Shown here piece after piece: positions 45,939-56,062 of a DNA stretch of 64,000 nt (the stretch's first letter is position 1; every line of letters starts with the position of its first letter). Source of the stretch: Candidatus Pacearchaeota archaeon. Lineage in GTDB: Archaea; Nanobdellota; Nanobdellia; Pacearchaeales; GW2011-AR1. The stretch is taken from positions 18,063 to 82,062 of the forward strand of contig JAGVWZ010000016.1 in NCBI GenBank assembly GCA_018304045.1, read 5' to 3'. The translations under genes were made by a program, and so were the position numbers. The notes under the pieces were generated by a model. It did not search any database. It was not told the DNA's origin and saw only the letters and a program-made list of their open reading frames with translations.

Positions 45939-46421
45939 TCATTTTACTTTTGCAAAAAAAATCATATAATTATTTCCATATTTTTTTACGCATTTTGGAC
46001 AATAGGCATAATGTATATAATAATCCTTAGCAGTTTTTCCTTTTTTTAATAAATATTCTTTCATTTGCTTCATTAATTTAGGAATATCTCCATAATCTCC
46101 TGTAAAAACTCTTGCAATAAATGTTCCAGATATTTTAACATTATTCCTATTAGAAACATTTCCTGTAACAGAGACATATATTTCTGTCCTAAATGCACTT
46201 GGATCATGGAATAATATTAACATTTCATCTTTTTTTGAAGAAACTTTTTTTGATTTTTCTGCAAGATCCATCATTTTAGTTATTCTACTTCCAATCATTG
46301 GAGGAAAAGGTATGTGAAATAGAGTTGGAATAGATTCTTTAATAAAAAATTTATTTTTCCAAACAAAAGTCTTTCCATCCCATTTACTAGGATTAAATTT
46401 TGGGCAGCATTCTTCTTTCAT
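45939..46421 (-). CDS. hypothetical protein
   Basis: ORF only. Confidence 0.3.
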   Translation of the reverse strand: MKEECCPKFNPSKWDGKTFVWKNKFFIKESIPTLFHIPFPPMIGSRITKMMDLAEKSKKVSSKKDEMLILFHDPSAFRTEIYVSVTGNVSNRNNVKISGTFIARVFTGDYGDIPKLMKQMKEYLLKKGKTAKDYYIHYAYCPKCVKKYGNNYMIFFAKVK

Positions 46422-46476
46422 AAAAATAATAGTATTTGATTATATTTAAATTTAATTAGTGTTTTTTATCTTTCAT

Positions 46477-47070
46477 TCAAACAAGAGATATAACTTTTCT
46501 CTCTGAATCCGCATACAAAACATATCCAACTCCATTATTCATACCAATTGAATATTCTCCTCTATTAAAACCATAATATTCTTCTGCAGATTGAATACTT
46601 TCTCCCATCCTAGTAAAACTCCTATCCAAAATAATATTTCTAATCAAACTAGGTTTTACCATGCAATAAACTAAGCCTTTTTTACTGGTTCTTTTTTCCA
46701 TATTAAAAACCTGATGCATAATCCTACTAGAAATAAAATACGTTTCAACAATATCCATATGTTTTTCAAGATATCTTTGTCTTCCCAGCTCTGTTCTTTG
46801 ATTTAATCTTCTTATGGCATCATGAAGATTATGCATTCCAAAAGCATAAACAACAGGTTCTTGAAAACCTTTAATCTGAGCTAACTGATATTCTTTTATT
46901 CTACCTCCCCAAAGAACATTACCTGCTTTTGCCTCAATCCAAAAACCAGATGGATGATAAAAGTCAGGAACATTTTCATCTCCAGCAGTAGACTGCAAAA
47001 CAGGATATCTTTCTTGTAATATTCTTTCCCATCGCAATCCAATACTATTTTGAACAACTCCCATGAACAT
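46477..47070 (-). CDS. hypothetical protein with PD-(D/E)xK-like motif
   Basis: VPDF...WIEAKAG arrangement compatible with a restriction-endonuclease-like fold. Confidence 0.3.
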   Translation of the reverse strand: MFMGVVQNSIGLRWERILQERYPVLQSTAGDENVPDFYHPSGFWIEAKAGNVLWGGRIKEYQLAQIKGFQEPVVYAFGMHNLHDAIRRLNQRTELGRQRYLEKHMDIVETYFISSRIMHQVFNMEKRTSKKGLVYCMVKPSLIRNIILDRSFTRMGESIQSAEEYYGFNRGEYSIGMNNGVGYVLYADSERKVISLV

Positions 47071-47231
47071 CTTTTATAAAAAGAAGTTATAAGGATTATT
47101 GTTCTAGATGAATCTCAAAAATATGGGCCCACGCGGCCCTAGAATCGCGGAGAGCTCGGTGTAAAAAATAAGAACCTTTTTGTATCCAAAAGAATAATAA
47201 TATTTATAAACTGTACAGTTTATTATATTGT

Positions 47232-48497
47232 ATGTACAAAGATAGATACATTAGAAGAAAAGGGGAATTTTTGGATAATAAGGATATTAATCCTAAAAAT
47301 AGGAAGGTTACTGAAAAGTTCTTTGAATTTGAAGAATACAAACTAAAGAGGAAGCAAGGATTAGCAGAGGTTGATGAAAAATCCTACAAAACACTTTATT
47401 TCTATGTTGGTAGATTGATTAATTTGAATAATTGGTTTAAGAATAAAGATTGGTCTAAATTAACTGAAGAAGAAATAAAAAAATTAATTGATGATTTAGA
47501 AGACGGAAAAATAACAACTCATAAAGGGACAAGATTTACAGACAGGAGTTTGTATTATCAAATGATAAAAGGAAAATTATTTGATTTAGTTGGTAAGAGT
47601 TTTATTGCAACACAAATCCTAAAAGAGTTCTCAATAAAAGGAAGAGAGTTTAGAGATGAAGTAAGATATATTGAAGAAGAGTCTTTTAGAAAAATTGTTG
47701 ATTGTGCTCCAAAGTCAGAACATAAGTGTTTGATGTGGTTAGCTTTTGATATAGGTGAGAATATTGGAACTCTCTTAGAATTGACTAGAGAAGATTTCCA
47801 AAGACAAATCAATCCAGACACTAATGAACCAGAATATTTAGTTATGCTAACTAAAGATAGGATTAAGAGGAGTAGAACTGCAAGAGGTGAAACTACCAAT
47901 CATCAGGAAACTGTAAAATATTTAGATATAATTCTTAGAAACCTAAAACCAGCATCACCAAAAACTTCCACTAGCCGGTATCGCAGGTCACTTAAAACTT
48001 TAAATGAACTACATCCAGAAAACAAACTATTCAAGTTTGGCCACAAAGCATCTGTAAAGTTTTTTGACAGAGCAGTTGTAAGAGCAGGAGTAAAATGTTT
48101 ACCTGGTGGTCAAAAAGTTACATGGAAAGATTTGAGAAGTTCTATGGCTTGTAATTTATTGAGAAAAGAGTGGTCCAGAGACGAGGTAAATGCTAGACTT
48201 GGACATAAGCCTTCTAGTCGTATCATAGATTCTTACATCAACTATCTTTCATTAGATAGAAGAAAACCACAAAAGAAAGTTTATGAAAGCAGTTTAAAAA
48301 AGATTGAAGCTGATTTTGAAAAACAAAAAGAAGTTTCAAAATTACAGGGATTAAAAATTGAAAATCTAAGAGAGGATATAAAACAAATCAAAACAGACTT
48401 TAAATTAGCAATGGAAAAACAAAGAAAACAATTAATTGAAATTGTTATGGAATTAAAGAAGGGACAAGTAAAACCTATTGTTGTTAAGAGTCATTAA
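47232..48497 (+). CDS. tyrosine recombinase/integrase
   Basis: C-terminal catalytic region with R...LGHKPSSRIIDSYINY (H-x-x-R, Y); preceded by GC-rich palindrome gggcccacgcggccc at 47124..47138. Confidence 0.65.
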   Translation: MYKDRYIRRKGEFLDNKDINPKNRKVTEKFFEFEEYKLKRKQGLAEVDEKSYKTLYFYVGRLINLNNWFKNKDWSKLTEEEIKKLIDDLEDGKITTHKGTRFTDRSLYYQMIKGKLFDLVGKSFIATQILKEFSIKGREFRDEVRYIEEESFRKIVDCAPKSEHKCLMWLAFDIGENIGTLLELTREDFQRQINPDTNEPEYLVMLTKDRIKRSRTARGETTNHQETVKYLDIILRNLKPASPKTSTSRYRRSLKTLNELHPENKLFKFGHKASVKFFDRAVVRAGVKCLPGGQKVTWKDLRSSMACNLLRKEWSRDEVNARLGHKPSSRIIDSYINYLSLDRRKPQKKVYESSLKKIEADFEKQKEVSKLQGLKIENLREDIKQIKTDFKLAMEKQRKQLIEIVMELKKGQVKPIVVKSH

Positions 48498-49066
48498 AGT
48501 CTTCTGGGCATTTCAAATAATTTTATCATCTTCTCATCTAACTTCTTTTTAAAATCGTCAGGTCTACCTTTTTGTTTAATAATATAATAGATAACATAAA
48601 ACTTTATTGCAGAGATAAAAATATTTTCTCCAGCATTAAGTTCACATATAACTTCTCTTGCTTCAGGATTATCATATATTTCATTTAAGAATTTCTTTTC
48701 TCTTTGATTTAATTTAATATGCAATTCATCAAATGAATCAAATATAAATTTTATTTTAATTTTATGAACAGGGCTTCTTTGAGTATATTTTGTTCCATTG
48801 AAGTTTGTTTTATTTATTGCATCTGTTCCTTCTTCAATATAATCTGCTTCTTTGAGTTTATCAAATACTTTTGTCACAGCTCCAATACTTTTTACATCTT
48901 TTTTAGTATTTGGATATAATTTTCTCGTAACTTCTCCATGTGTAACAAACTTTCTAAAATATTCTAAAGCGACTTTGTTTTCTCCTATCCCTTTTATCAA
49001 TGGGGGTCTTACAGCAGGATAAACTATTATTGGTTCATCATCTAAAGTTTTTTTTCCTTTCTTCAT
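48494..49066 (-). CDS. hypothetical protein (mobile-element gene)
   Basis: ORF only. Confidence 0.3.
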   Translation of the reverse strand: MKKGKKTLDDEPIIVYPAVRPPLIKGIGENKVALEYFRKFVTHGEVTRKLYPNTKKDVKSIGAVTKVFDKLKEADYIEEGTDAINKTNFNGTKYTQRSPVHKIKIKFIFDSFDELHIKLNQREKKFLNEIYDNPEAREVICELNAGENIFISAIKFYVIYYIIKQKGRPDDFKKKLDEKMIKLFEMPRRL

Positions 49067-49115
49067 TTTAGGGTACCATTAACAGGTATATTAAGTATTT
49101 ATACTTTATTATAAA

Positions 49116-49259
49116 ATGGAACTACAAAAACCAATAAAATGTGAATGCAAGAAGTGCGGCTGGTGCTGGTATTCTACACTTGGCAGAAAACCAAAAGTCT
49201 GCGTCAGGTGCAAGAGGTATGACTGGCAGGAGGAGAAAGATGAGCGAAAACAGCAATGA
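49116..49259 (+). CDS. 47-aa zinc-ribbon protein (MELQKPIKCECKKCGWCWYSTLGRKPKVCVRCKRYDW...)
   Basis: CxCxxC...CxxC; alternative frame to the listed ORF 49141..49395, whose N-terminus (MNARSAAGAG...) looks non-genuine. Confidence 0.35.
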   Translation: MELQKPIKCECKKCGWCWYSTLGRKPKVCVRCKRYDWQEEKDERKQQ

Positions 49260-49521
49260 TTCTATTCTCCTCCAAAAAGAGTCCTTAGACAGAGTCTTTG
49301 ATATAATTGATGAAATGCAGGGCGATATTATTGGTTTAGAGTCAAAATGGTTAAAAGAGGTGCAAGAGGATGACAGAGAACAACAGAGTGATTGATATGA
49401 ACCTATCTGAACCTAATAGCCAATACTTCTCACCACTAGATGATATAATATATGGTGGTCTTATTTTTCTTATATTCTTCCGGAAGAAAAGATTGATTGA
49501 AAGGAGGTTCCGAACTACAAA

Positions 49522-52500
49522 ATGATACCACCTATTCAACTTAGAAAACCCCAATTTAAGTTTATACTGTTGGGTAGGTGGAATCAATATAAAGATAGTA
49601 ATAAAACAATCCATATTTTTGAACCAAAAACGAAGGAAGAATTTGATTCTATAAAAGAGCAGGGTTTTGCCTCCATTGGAAAAGCTCCTATTGAATCTGG
49701 CTGGACTAAGAATTCAGACTATATTTATGCAGACCCAAAACTACTTAGCCATATCTCTGCAGGATATAATTATGGTGTAAAATGTGGACCTGGAAGATTA
49801 AGTATCCTTGATGTTGATGACACATCCATTATCCCAGAGTTAGATAAGATGGTTCCAGAAACCCTAACCATTGAAACAGGAAGTGGAAAACAGCATAGGT
49901 ATTTCCTAGTTCCTGTAGGAACTCCTAAAATAATTTTAGAAAAGAATAAAGTCCATTATGGAGAACTGCAAGGTCCTGGTTCTCAATGTGTTGGGGCAGG
50001 TTCAAAACATCCAATTGGCGGAAAAGAGTATAATGTTATAAAAGATGTGGATATTACAGAACTTTCACAGGAGATTATAGATAAAATTAAAGATAACTAC
50101 ACAGACTTTAATAATGACCCTATAAAAGTCATTTCTCCAGATTGGAATCAGTATAATAAGACAAATATAAGTGACTTATTATCAATAACCACTTTAGTTA
50201 ATTTAGGTAGTATGAAGAAAACTGGTGGAGAGTATTTTGGTTCCCATCCAGTTCATGGCTCACAGACAGGTATGAATTTTTTTATTAATCCATCTAAAAA
50301 TCTCTGGCATTGTTTCAGGTGTGATTCTGGAGGAGATTCTTTATCCCTCTTAGCAGTCAATGAAGGTATTTGCGGATGTAGCGACTTTTCAAGAAGTGGA
50401 AAGAAACTAAGGGGAGAAGATTTTATCAAAGTGAAAAAAATTGTTGAAGAGAAATATAACATCAAGATTCCTCAAAAAGAACTAGAATTAACTCCTTTAA
50501 AGAATATCAAAGTAGAGTTAGGTAGGCGTGTTAAAACAATCGTTTCTGTTTTAGATATGACTCCGGGAGTTAGTATGGTTGTAGGGTATGAAGCAACTTG
50601 TCCACAATGCCTTAGAAATACAATTTTATACCACAAAAATCCTACCTCTTGCTCAATAGCTTTTGCAGAAGAATTAAAAAATGAAAATAAAGCCGGTTGT
50701 CTTGATAGTGCTAATAAACCTATAAAAGTAGATATCAAACCAATACATGAAACAGGTTATTTATTGAGTGTATTTGACCCAAAAGATACTGGAAATAATA
50801 TGCAAATAACTCCAATTTTTATAAAGAATGATTTAATACCTAAAGATTACAAATCTAAAAAAGATTGGGAAGGAGATTTATTAATAAAACCCCTTATTTT
50901 AGAAGGTAAAATCGGAGTTTTTCAATCTTTTAAAAAAAAGTTTGAGGATTGGTTTATTCATGTGGAGAATTATGAGTTTGAGGTGAAAAAAGAAGATGTT
51001 AACTACACACTTTTAAGAAAGTTTGGAGATATCGAGAGGGGTAAGAATTTTTTTGCAGAAAATTTCGCTCCAAGAATCTATGATAGAACACTAGCTAAAA
51101 AGATGTACACATTAACATTACTTTCACCAATAAAAATAAATTTACCTAATGATGAAATTGATTATGGAATAATAAATACGATAGATATGGGTGATGCTGG
51201 ACAAAGCAAAACAAAGCTTAGTAAAGAAACCTTAAAATGTGCAAAGGGGACCAACTCTAAATTTATCAGTGTTGAGAATTCTACAAATAGGGGATTACTA
51301 GGTTCAGTAGTAAAAAGTCAGAATTCTGAATCATGGACAGTTAAGGTTGGAGAGATACCTAAAGCAAGTAATGGATTAGTTTGTTTAGATGGTTATTCAA
51401 AGTTGTCACCTGACGACATGACTCAATTTAGAGGGATTTTAGAGGAGAAAGAGTTTCAGATTACAAAAGCAGGTGGAGTGCAAAAAGAATGTCCTGTTAG
51501 AATTATAATGTTAGGAAATATCGTAAAACCAATAGGGCAATACTCCACCAAACATCAAGCAAGTTTTAATATGGGTGCAACAGAGTCTGATGAAACAAAT
51601 AAATTTTCGGGTCCAGACAGAAGAAGAATTCATCATGTGTCTATTGTTGCTGATTCTGATACCAATGCTAGGGATATTGATATGCATTTATCAAAAAAAT
51701 ATGATAAAGAAAAAATAAGAGAATTGGAAAATTATTGGTCTAATTTAAGAGCTTTCTCTTGGACAAGAAAAGCTGGAGATTTTATCTGGGAAAGTGGTAT
51801 TATAGAATATGTTCAAACAAAAATAGACAGTCTTAGAAAGAAATATCCCAGGTTCTCAATGCAATATGGTGTCTTATCTAAAGGAGGGTCAAAGATGTTT
51901 ACAATCCAGTTACCCACAGTAGCAATGTTACATGAATCAATTGATGACAGTCACAAAGTCGTTATCAGGAAGGACCATGTTGATTGGTTATACCATATGT
52001 ACTTAGAGGAATTTAATGAGTTAGGATTGGGGGCTGAAAATGAAGTATATAGTATTCATAAATTGCATGCTATAGCTATTAGTCGTAATTGTTCAAAGGA
52101 AGTAAAGGAGATATTATTACTTTTACAGAGATATGGGGGAAATCAAACTGCAATTGAAAATGCAGGAGTTGTAAGTCGTATGCACATTAGTCGAATGTTG
52201 AGCAATCCAATAGAGTATGAACTAAAACACATCAGTGGTATAAAACCTCATTGGTATAAACTTAATGAAGGTTCTGGCGAACCAAAAGAAACAAGAGAGG
52301 GTATTAAATTTTTCCCTGATGACGATTTACCATCTATAACAAAAAGGGGCACAGGTTCTTTTACAGATTTTGGTAAAATCTTAATTCAAGAAATATTAAG
52401 GTTAAAAAATGAGGAACTTCAAAAGGATAAGATAATAGGAATCCCCGATTTAGAAGATGTTACATCTGTTACAGGCAGGAATGAAAGTTTAGATAACTAT

Positions 52501-52761
52501 GCAGTTGGCGGCGTTACATCTGTTACAGGTGTTACACCAAAAGAGGATATATCAAATAAAAATATAGAAAAAGTAGGAGAAGTAATACAAAGTAATACTA
52601 GTTCTATTGAAATTAAGAAAAAGAATATACTTGATATTAAAAATAGTGTAACAGATGTAACGAGTGTAACAAAAGATATATTGAATCTCAATAATACTAT
52701 AGGGGATAGTGTAATAGATGTAACAGAAGAACCTGAGTATGAAACGGAGGATTTAACATGA
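49522..52761 (+). CDS. replication protein: primase-polymerase-like N-terminal region + SF3 (D5-type) helicase, C-terminal VTSVTG repeats
   Basis: N-terminal SILDVDDTS / HCFRCDSGGDS (prim-pol and zinc-binding-like); Walker A-like MGDAGQSKT; Walker B VCLDGYSKL; 1079 aa. Confidence 0.6.
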   Translation: MIPPIQLRKPQFKFILLGRWNQYKDSNKTIHIFEPKTKEEFDSIKEQGFASIGKAPIESGWTKNSDYIYADPKLLSHISAGYNYGVKCGPGRLSILDVDDTSIIPELDKMVPETLTIETGSGKQHRYFLVPVGTPKIILEKNKVHYGELQGPGSQCVGAGSKHPIGGKEYNVIKDVDITELSQEIIDKIKDNYTDFNNDPIKVISPDWNQYNKTNISDLLSITTLVNLGSMKKTGGEYFGSHPVHGSQTGMNFFINPSKNLWHCFRCDSGGDSLSLLAVNEGICGCSDFSRSGKKLRGEDFIKVKKIVEEKYNIKIPQKELELTPLKNIKVELGRRVKTIVSVLDMTPGVSMVVGYEATCPQCLRNTILYHKNPTSCSIAFAEELKNENKAGCLDSANKPIKVDIKPIHETGYLLSVFDPKDTGNNMQITPIFIKNDLIPKDYKSKKDWEGDLLIKPLILEGKIGVFQSFKKKFEDWFIHVENYEFEVKKEDVNYTLLRKFGDIERGKNFFAENFAPRIYDRTLAKKMYTLTLLSPIKINLPNDEIDYGIINTIDMGDAGQSKTKLSKETLKCAKGTNSKFISVENSTNRGLLGSVVKSQNSESWTVKVGEIPKASNGLVCLDGYSKLSPDDMTQFRGILEEKEFQITKAGGVQKECPVRIIMLGNIVKPIGQYSTKHQASFNMGATESDETNKFSGPDRRRIHHVSIVADSDTNARDIDMHLSKKYDKEKIRELENYWSNLRAFSWTRKAGDFIWESGIIEYVQTKIDSLRKKYPRFSMQYGVLSKGGSKMFTIQLPTVAMLHESIDDSHKVVIRKDHVDWLYHMYLEEFNELGLGAENEVYSIHKLHAIAISRNCSKEVKEILLLLQRYGGNQTAIENAGVVSRMHISRMLSNPIEYELKHISGIKPHWYKLNEGSGEPKETREGIKFFPDDDLPSITKRGTGSFTDFGKILIQEILRLKNEELQKDKIIGIPDLEDVTSVTGRNESLDNYAVGGVTSVTGVTPKEDISNKNIEKVGEVIQSNTSSIEIKKKNILDIKNSVTDVTSVTKDILNLNNTIGDSVIDVTEEPEYETEDLT
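52459..52728. repeat. iteron-like repeats GTTACATCTGTTACAGG (x2 direct) and GTAACAGATGTAAC (x2 inverted) inside the 3' end of the rep gene
   Basis: Copies at 52459..52475, 52513..52529 (+) and 52647..52660, 52714..52727 (reverse complement); also encodes the VTSVTG peptide repeats. Confidence 0.55.
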
Positions 52762-53012
52762 GTAAACAAATAGATTATAACATAGAATTTTTCGGACTTG
52801 TTCCTTTCAAATGTAAAAAATGTAAAACTAAATTAAAAATGGGTCATATTCCATATAAGGATAAAAGAATTACCATCCCACTACTTTTTTGTCAAAAGTG
52901 TAATGAAATCTTGGAACTGCAAGTATTCTATCATGATGATTGTCCTGCATCAAAAGCAAAAAAGATTAGGGATAAATTTGCTAAAAACTATGGATTAAGA
53001 ATTATTAATTAA
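52758..53012 (+). CDS. zinc-ribbon protein
   Basis: CKKCKTK...CQKCNE. Confidence 0.4.
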   Translation: MSKQIDYNIEFFGLVPFKCKKCKTKLKMGHIPYKDKRITIPLLFCQKCNEILELQVFYHDDCPASKAKKIRDKFAKNYGLRIIN

Positions 53013-53063
53013 TTTTTCCGTCGACAAAGGGATAGTATTTAAACTTTAACTCATTAGAGATAT

Positions 53064-53528
53064 ATGAGGAAAGATAAAGTAAGATTTGGTGCAGTTGTCT
53101 TTATGGTTTTATTTGTTGGTTTGTTAGTTGCAGGATTGTTCTATTTAAGTTATGGAATTGAACAAACTTCTTTTAAATTAAATGAAAAGAAAACAGGAGT
53201 GCAAGAAGATAATATAAAATTCACGGATGCAACATGGCACTTAGTAGATTTTTCTTCCTGCGAAAATGCTTATGATGAAAACAGGGCAATGCAGGAAATT
53301 GGTTTAATATATACTATTCCTTATTATGGAAATGATTATAACTGCAATCTTCAGATAACAACATACTATGATGATGGAAAGGTAAGCACACCTCAATCTA
53401 AAAGATTAGATGAAACAATTCATACCTTTAGTGGATTTAATGTGTTTGACAGCTATAAGTTTACTATTTGTTGCACAGATAATTTTGATACTGCATGTAA
53501 ATCAAAGATGGTTGAAAGTTATTGCTAG
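53064..53528 (+). CDS. membrane-anchored Cys-containing protein
   Basis: N-terminal TM helix; six or more Cys. Confidence 0.35.
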   Translation: MRKDKVRFGAVVFMVLFVGLLVAGLFYLSYGIEQTSFKLNEKKTGVQEDNIKFTDATWHLVDFSSCENAYDENRAMQEIGLIYTIPYYGNDYNCNLQITTYYDDGKVSTPQSKRLDETIHTFSGFNVFDSYKFTICCTDNFDTACKSKMVESYC

Positions 53529-53680
53529 GGGTTGCTTATATCAATTAGTTCGGAGTTCAATTCTATTCAGACCCATTTTTATGAATACAGGATAAACAAT
53601 ATCTTAATCTTGTTGTATGGTCTGATACTCTGCTTGTTTATATACTTCTCCTTATGATTAAATAAATATTAAAGAATAAG

Positions 53681-54058
53681 ATGACAAAGTTAAAAGAGAA
53701 TGTAAATAGATTAAACGCCTTGCTTAAAGAAGGCAAAATTGCGGAGGCTTTTGAAAAATATTACAATCTGGATGTAACTATACATATTGATGGAAATCCG
53801 CCTATAACTGGGAAAGAACAAAAAAGAGAAATGATTTTTCTTCAAGAAATAGAAAAATTAAACAATGCCGAAATAAAGTTAGTTGCTTTTGGAGGAACTG
53901 ATAATGATGTTTCAGTAACAGAATGGGAAATAAATATTGAAAATAAAGAAGGAGTTAAAAAAATAATTTATCGTGTAAATATTCAACATTGGAAAGAAGA
54001 TAAAATTATTAATGAAAAGATATATTTTTGTGGTGACCAAAAATTCAAAGTAGAGTAA
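53681..54058 (+). CDS. SnoaL/NTF2-like fold protein
   Basis: Size and alternating pattern resemble the SnoaL-like polyketide cyclase/NTF2 superfamily; weak. Confidence 0.35.
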   Translation: MTKLKENVNRLNALLKEGKIAEAFEKYYNLDVTIHIDGNPPITGKEQKREMIFLQEIEKLNNAEIKLVAFGGTDNDVSVTEWEINIENKEGVKKIIYRVNIQHWKEDKIINEKIYFCGDQKFKVE

Positions 54059-54343
54059 ATATATATTTTTATAGTTGTAATCAAATCATCTGGATAAATA
54101 CCAGTTTATTAATCCAAGCTGATTAATTAGAGCATAAGCTGTTAAAAAGACTGCAATAAACAAACATATGTACTTTGCATATTTCAGAATATCTTTCTTT
54201 TCTTTTGGAATTGCAATACTAAGAGTAAAGAAAATTGCTATTAAAAGAGGCATTAAGACTTTTTCTGTGTATCCTTGTATCATTTTACTATCTGGTAACT
54301 ATGTGGTAAATATACTATTTAAGTATTATGGTAACTAAGTTAT

Positions 54344-54613
54344 ATGAAAAAGGTAACCAAATGGGACTTAGTTAGTTATGTGCTTGCTAGTTCTTATAGG
54401 AAGAAAGTATTGTCTGCTTTATCAACCCCTAAGACTCCATCAGCTATAAGCAAAGAGATAAGCATAAACAAAACTCACATAAGCAGAGCATTAGCAGAGT
54501 TAGAAGATAAAGGTTTGATTAAGTGTTTAACTCCAAACTCAAAGAAAGGTAAGATATACTCAATCCAAGACTTAGGTAAAGAGACACTAACAGAAGTCAA
54601 TAAGCTAAAGTAA
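54344..54613 (+). CDS. winged-helix transcriptional regulator
   Basis: SAISKEISINKTHISRALAELEDKGLI HTH; followed by an 8-bp-stem hairpin aaagccca...tgggcttt (terminator-like). Confidence 0.5.
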   Translation: MKKVTKWDLVSYVLASSYRKKVLSALSTPKTPSAISKEISINKTHISRALAELEDKGLIKCLTPNSKKGKIYSIQDLGKETLTEVNKLK

Positions 54614-55120
54614 GCCAAAAGCCCATGTCGTTCTATGCCCGAGTAGTTGTGGGCTTTAAAAGAACTGTTAAACCCAAACAATTTAAACAGTTTAATTATA
54701 CCCTTTTATTAGTATATTATTTAACAATTTAATATACTCTGTGGGCACAGCAGGGCTACAGCACCATAACCAAACTAACTAAAAGGGTTAGTCTGACTAT
54801 ATTAAATTACTTTAATATACTAAATAAGTGTGCTAAAGATTTTAAGATGATTTGTCAGCTTAACTCTGATTAATTTTATGTGTTTGTTTTAATGGTTCAT
54901 TTAATCTTTTATGCTAAAAGATTTAACTTCTCAGATAAATAAAGGTAATGACTCTGAATTTATTTTTATATAAATTAAAATTTTTATATAAATTTTCATC
55001 CGGCGTCTCCGGCCTACGCGTATATATATATAATAAAATAGATAGCAGAACTAATAAACAGTTGTATGCGCATGATTGTGTGCATTAAAAGATAAAAGAT
55101 TAAGGATGGATTGATGTTAA

Positions 55121-56005
55121 TTAGTGAACTTCGACTAACATTTTTTGTTGTTGTGGAACTTGAAAGCTTGTTAAGGAAACATTTCGTTTGAATATTTTTG
55201 AAGTAGAGTTATTGTATTTCCTTTTAGTTCCATATTTGATATGGTACTTAATTCCCCTTTCTTTACAAAAGGTTTCTACTACATCTGCTTGATCTTCATA
55301 GAATTGTTCATTGTTAGGGTAATTACTTGAATGGCAATTATAATTTAATTTTCCAAAGATGATATTATCAACAAAAGATACTTTCTCTAAAATGTCTATT
55401 AAATCCTGTTCAACTAAATTGGGTGTTGGATATGGTTCCATACTAACCCAAGTTTTAAGTCCAGCATCATGTAATAGCTTTAAAGCTTTAATTCTACCCA
55501 TATAAGGAGAGCTACCTGGTTCAAATTGTTTCTTAAAGTTTTCATTTAAAGAGACTAATGTAATTCCATATTCATTCTTATCACTATATTTATTTGTATT
55601 TCTTAGTTCCTTAGGATATATTCCTTTTGTTAGAATGGTACACTTTATCCCATTAGAGTTCAACTTATTTATAATCTTAAGAGTCATATCTGCGACTTCA
55701 GGATACAGATACATAAAAGGGTCAGTCATAAAACAAAGATGAACAAACTTAATATCCTTTTTATATTTTGGAATTTCTTTGTCTAATAATTCAAGAGCAT
55801 TTTTCACAAGTTTAGGTTTACACCAATCTTCATAAGATTTTACCTTTCCAAATCTTCTTGACATCATAAAAGCATAACAAGGAAACTTACAACCATGAGC
55901 ACAGCCAATAACATGATTAATACAATAATCTGCATACTCTACTTTGCTTTTATACAACAAAGAATTACGATTAACATATCTCATTTTTATCATCTCCTTC
56001 TTCAT
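55121..56005 (-). CDS. Cys-motif protein (GCAHGCKFPCY), possible divergent radical-SAM-like DNA modification enzyme
   Basis: Three-Cys cluster CxxxCxxxC near the N-terminus; co-operonic with a methyltransferase-like gene. Confidence 0.35.
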   Translation of the reverse strand: MKKEMIKMRYVNRNSLLYKSKVEYADYCINHVIGCAHGCKFPCYAFMMSRRFGKVKSYEDWCKPKLVKNALELLDKEIPKYKKDIKFVHLCFMTDPFMYLYPEVADMTLKIINKLNSNGIKCTILTKGIYPKELRNTNKYSDKNEYGITLVSLNENFKKQFEPGSSPYMGRIKALKLLHDAGLKTWVSMEPYPTPNLVEQDLIDILEKVSFVDNIIFGKLNYNCHSSNYPNNEQFYEDQADVVETFCKERGIKYHIKYGTKRKYNNSTSKIFKRNVSLTSFQVPQQQKMLVEVH

Positions 56006-56062
56006 AATTAAATAATGTTTTTGGTATATATAAGTGTTACCACCACTTCAAAAATAAGAAAT

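Noticed and set aside
47121-47163. GC-rich palindrome gggcccacgcggccc...cgcggagagctcgg as a tRNA fragment or att site for the integrase
   Set aside because: Does not match any of the four tRNAs in the window and no second copy was found; left as a possible but unproven element boundary.
53521-53580. tRNA-like T-loop string ggagttcaattc after the 53064..53528 ORF
   Set aside because: No acceptor or anticodon stems can be paired; not a tRNA.
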